The notes under the pieces were generated by a model, which worked only from the letters and a program-made list of their open reading frames with translations, was not told where the DNA came from and searched no databases. Of a stretch of DNA of 64,000 bases, positions 61,101-64,000 are shown piece after piece (positions within the stretch are counted from its first letter, which is position 1; every line of letters starts with the position of its first letter). The position numbers and the translations under genes are program-made. The DNA comes from Mobula hypostoma. Its lineage: Eukaryota. Location: assembly GCF_963921235.1 (NCBI RefSeq), contig NC_086097.1, forward strand, positions 225,744,001 through 225,808,000, in the 5' to 3' direction.

Positions 61101-64000
61101 CATGAGATAGGATCAGATTCGCTGCCTTCACAACAATGTCCATAACATCCCTTAATTTCAAAGACTTGGCACATAATGCTTCTTGCTGGATAATGCAATG
61201 AATTTTAACCAATTTCTGTGCGATTCCAAGGTTTTCCATTTGTCCTTGCAGCAATGCTATGATGCCTTTTTTCTGTCCCACCATTGCTGGTGCCCCATCA
61301 GTTGTGATGCCAATTAACTTTGACACATTAAGTTTCATTTCTGACATCATTTTCAACAAAGCTTCAAAAATGTCTGCTCCTGTAACCGTGTCCTTCATAG
61401 GAATCAATTGAATAAACCCTTCAAAAATTTGAAAAGGTGAGGTCACTCCTCGCACAAACACTACAAGTTGAGCAGTGTCTCTCAAGTCTGTGCTCTCATC
61501 AAGCGCAATTGAAAAAAAGATTGCAATTAGTTGCAGGCATCCCATAAACAACTTTTAACATCTGCTGACATTTCTTCAACTCGCCGTGTGATCATTCTTG
61601 CTGACAGGCTGATAAATGCAAATAAAGATTTCTTTTCAGGACAAACAATATCCACTACTGCCAGTAAACGTTCTTTGACAAACTTTCCATCTGTAAAAAG
61701 CTTCATCTTTTCTGCAATACGTTTTGAGACTTCGTAGCTTGCACGGGTATTTCCTTCATTTTCACTGCTTTTCTTGACAAAAAGTGATGTTTTGTTTTTC
61801 GAAACTAGCCTTCATTCGCTCAACTTCATCTTTCCTTGCTTGCCCAGTAAACTTGTTAAAATTTCCACTATGGCGGGTCTCGTAATGTCGCCTGATATTT
61901 GCCACCCTCTTCACGGCTTCTAGGCAAATGAGACAAACTGGTTTCCCAGCTTGCTCGGTGAAGAAGTAATCTAGTGTCCAAGCGCCTTGGAAATTTCGGC
62001 ACTCAGTGTCTACTTTCCTGCGTTTTGCATTCATTGCCATTGGAATTTTTTTCTCCGATTTTATTCCGAAATGCGAGTTATTCAACAAGTATCATAGCAC
62101 ATGTACATATCTGGACATTTAGCATGGATTTCTTGTTAAAACACGGTGACGCTGTTTCTGTTTACAAATTTGAACGATCCAATCTAAAAACCTCAGCATG
62201 CATGGAGAGTATCTCATAAATATTAATGAGGTAGTCTGCCTTCCCGTCATTCATATATACTAGAGTTTGGTTTGGAACAAAACGGAACCTGGGGCCAGTT
62301 TAACAAGACGCCATGCGTATCCATCAGTGTGGTTACTTGAAACACTCAGAATAAGGAAAAACCGCTTGCGGGCCAGAGAAGCATAGTATCCCAATATTTG
62401 CTCGCAGGCCATAGTTTGCCTACCCCTGCACTATAGTCCTATTGTGGCAGGAGTTCATTCGGACCATGACCAGACTCTCAAACCACTTCATCACAGTAGA
62501 TGTGAGTGCACTGGGCAATATTCGTTAAGCAGCTTACTCTTCCCTTCTCTGTTCTGGTACGATCTCCACTCTTTTGAAGAAAGCAGATGGGAAGCCCCGA
62601 CTGCAGCAGTGAGAGATTGAAAATGTTCTTGAACACTTCCACCAGTTCTTTGGCACAGATTTTCATTGCCCTACCAAGTACACCATTGGGTCCTGACGCC
62701 TTGCGAGAGTTCACGCTTTTGAAAATAGTTCTGACATCTGCTGCTGAGACAGAGATCACAGGGTCACCAGATGCTGCAGGAATTCACGCAGATATACTTT
62801 TTCTCTCCATTTCAAAGCATGCATAAAGCTTGTTGAGCTCATCTGGGAGTGAAGCATCACAGACATTCATGATGTTAGGGTTTGCCTTGTAATGTCGCCC
62901 TACAAACTCTGCCAGAGCTGATGTGCATCCGATTCCATCCCCAACTTCAATTGGAATTGTTTTTTTTGCTCATAAAACAATTTTTTTTTGTCTTCCATAG
63001 GTTGTACCTAGACTTCTTGTACAGTTCTGGATCAGCAGTCTTGAATACCATAGGCCTGGCCTCTAAGCAGACTATGGATCTTCTGGTTCATCCATAGCTT
63101 TTGGTTTGGCTAAGTCTGGTATGTTCTCAAAGTCACCCACTCATCCACAAAGGTCTTGATGACGTCAGTGACAACTGTGGCATATTCATTCAGATTCAAA
63201 GATGAATCCCTGAATATTTTCCAGTCCACTGATTCAAAGGCGTACTCTACATGCTCCCCACCTCCATTGACCACACCTTCCTGGCCTTCAACACCAGTGC
63301 TGCTGTCCTTAGTCTCTGCCTGTATGTTGAAAGTAGAAGTACAGCCAGGTGATCATACTTTCCAAAGAGCAGGCGTGGGATAGTACGGTAAGCGTTCTTA
63401 ATGGTGGTGGTCAAGTATGTTGGTTCTCCTGGTTCCGCAGGTGACATACTGGTGGGAGTTTGTCAGAGACTTCCTCAGCTGGCTTCGTTGAAATCCCGTG
63501 CAGTGACATAGAAGGCATCAGGGTGTGCTGTTTCATTACTGGCTGATTACAGTGGTCAGCTCCTCCAGAGCCTGCCTGACATTGACAACGGTTGGAATGA
63601 ACACCGTTACCAGGGTGACGGCAGAAAACTTCTTCAGTAGATTAAATGGATAATACTTGACGGCTAGGTGTTCCAGGTCGAGTGAGCTGTAATGAAACAG
63701 AACCACCCGTCTATGCCCCACAATAAGTTTATCATGAAACACATTCTCCCTCCTCTGCTTTTTAAAGACTCAGCTGTTCTCTCTTTGTGGTGGATGGTGA
63801 AGCCTTTGGGCTGCTGCAGTGCCTCTGAAATGGTGGAGGTGAGCCACGTCTCCATGAAGTTAAGTACGCAGCAGTCCCTGATGCCCCTCAAGTACTTGCT
63901 CTAAGGTCTTCAATCTTATTTTCCAAAGACTGTACATTCACCAGTAGGGTAGTTGGAAGGGGAAGGGTCTAAGATTGTATTTCAATCTTACTTGCAAGCT

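Larger units (their letters stand above)
55936..62428 (-). mobile_element. hAT DNA transposon (Charlie/SPIN, GTF2IRD2-like transposase), inactivated
   Basis: TIRs CAGGGGTCGGCAACCT and CAGGGGTAGGCAAACT; 8-bp TSD CACTACAG/CACTATAG; transposase pieces KRRKVDTECRNFQ..CLIC..RRHYETRH, FSIALDESTD, TTDGAPAM, HCIIQQ, MASLFGST*LCEQLFS. Confidence 0.93.
55860..64000 (-). mobile_element. Old Rex1/Babar LINE split by the hAT element; runs off the window
   Basis: EN/RT remnants 62437-64000 (KASGPNGVLG, DCCVLNFMETWLT); about 55880-55927 continues the same RT region across the hAT. Confidence 0.75.

Noticed and set aside
60476..62088. Domesticated GTF2IRD2/EPM2AIP1-like host gene
   Set aside because: Frameshifts, stops, a 3.9-kb insertion, and intact TIRs with a TSD indicate a dead transposon.

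Overview
Eukaryotic (vertebrate) genomic DNA with no host gene that I can support. The repeat mix suggests a cartilaginous fish, probably a ray: CR1 LINEs with (CATAGAA)n-type tails, Rex1/Babar LINEs, Penelope-like elements (PLEs), tRNA-derived SINEs and Tc1 relics. That assignment is inference. By eye roughly four-fifths of the window is transposable-element derived, and almost all listed ORFs are TE fragments, antisense shadows or chimeras. Elements with boundaries I could resolve from terminal repeats and target-site duplications (TSDs): an Academ (AcademX-type) DNA transposon (10574-13320), a Charlie/SPIN-type hAT element (55936-62428) and a 63-bp hAT micro-MITE, three Gypsy LTR elements, several solo LTRs, a full-length CR1 split by nested insertions, a near full-length Rex1, an RTE, and young PLEs. 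The most functionally interesting signals are minimal type I hammerhead ribozyme motifs in the PLE pseudo-LTRs. One pair is intact and tandem, flanking a 912-nt ORF-bearing unit. Another motif sits at the axis of a TSD-flanked palindrome with 82-bp arms. Also notable are a templated 60-bp insertion at a CR1 5' junction and a twin-priming-like CR1 inversion. Boundaries without TSD support are approximate. No database searches were run.
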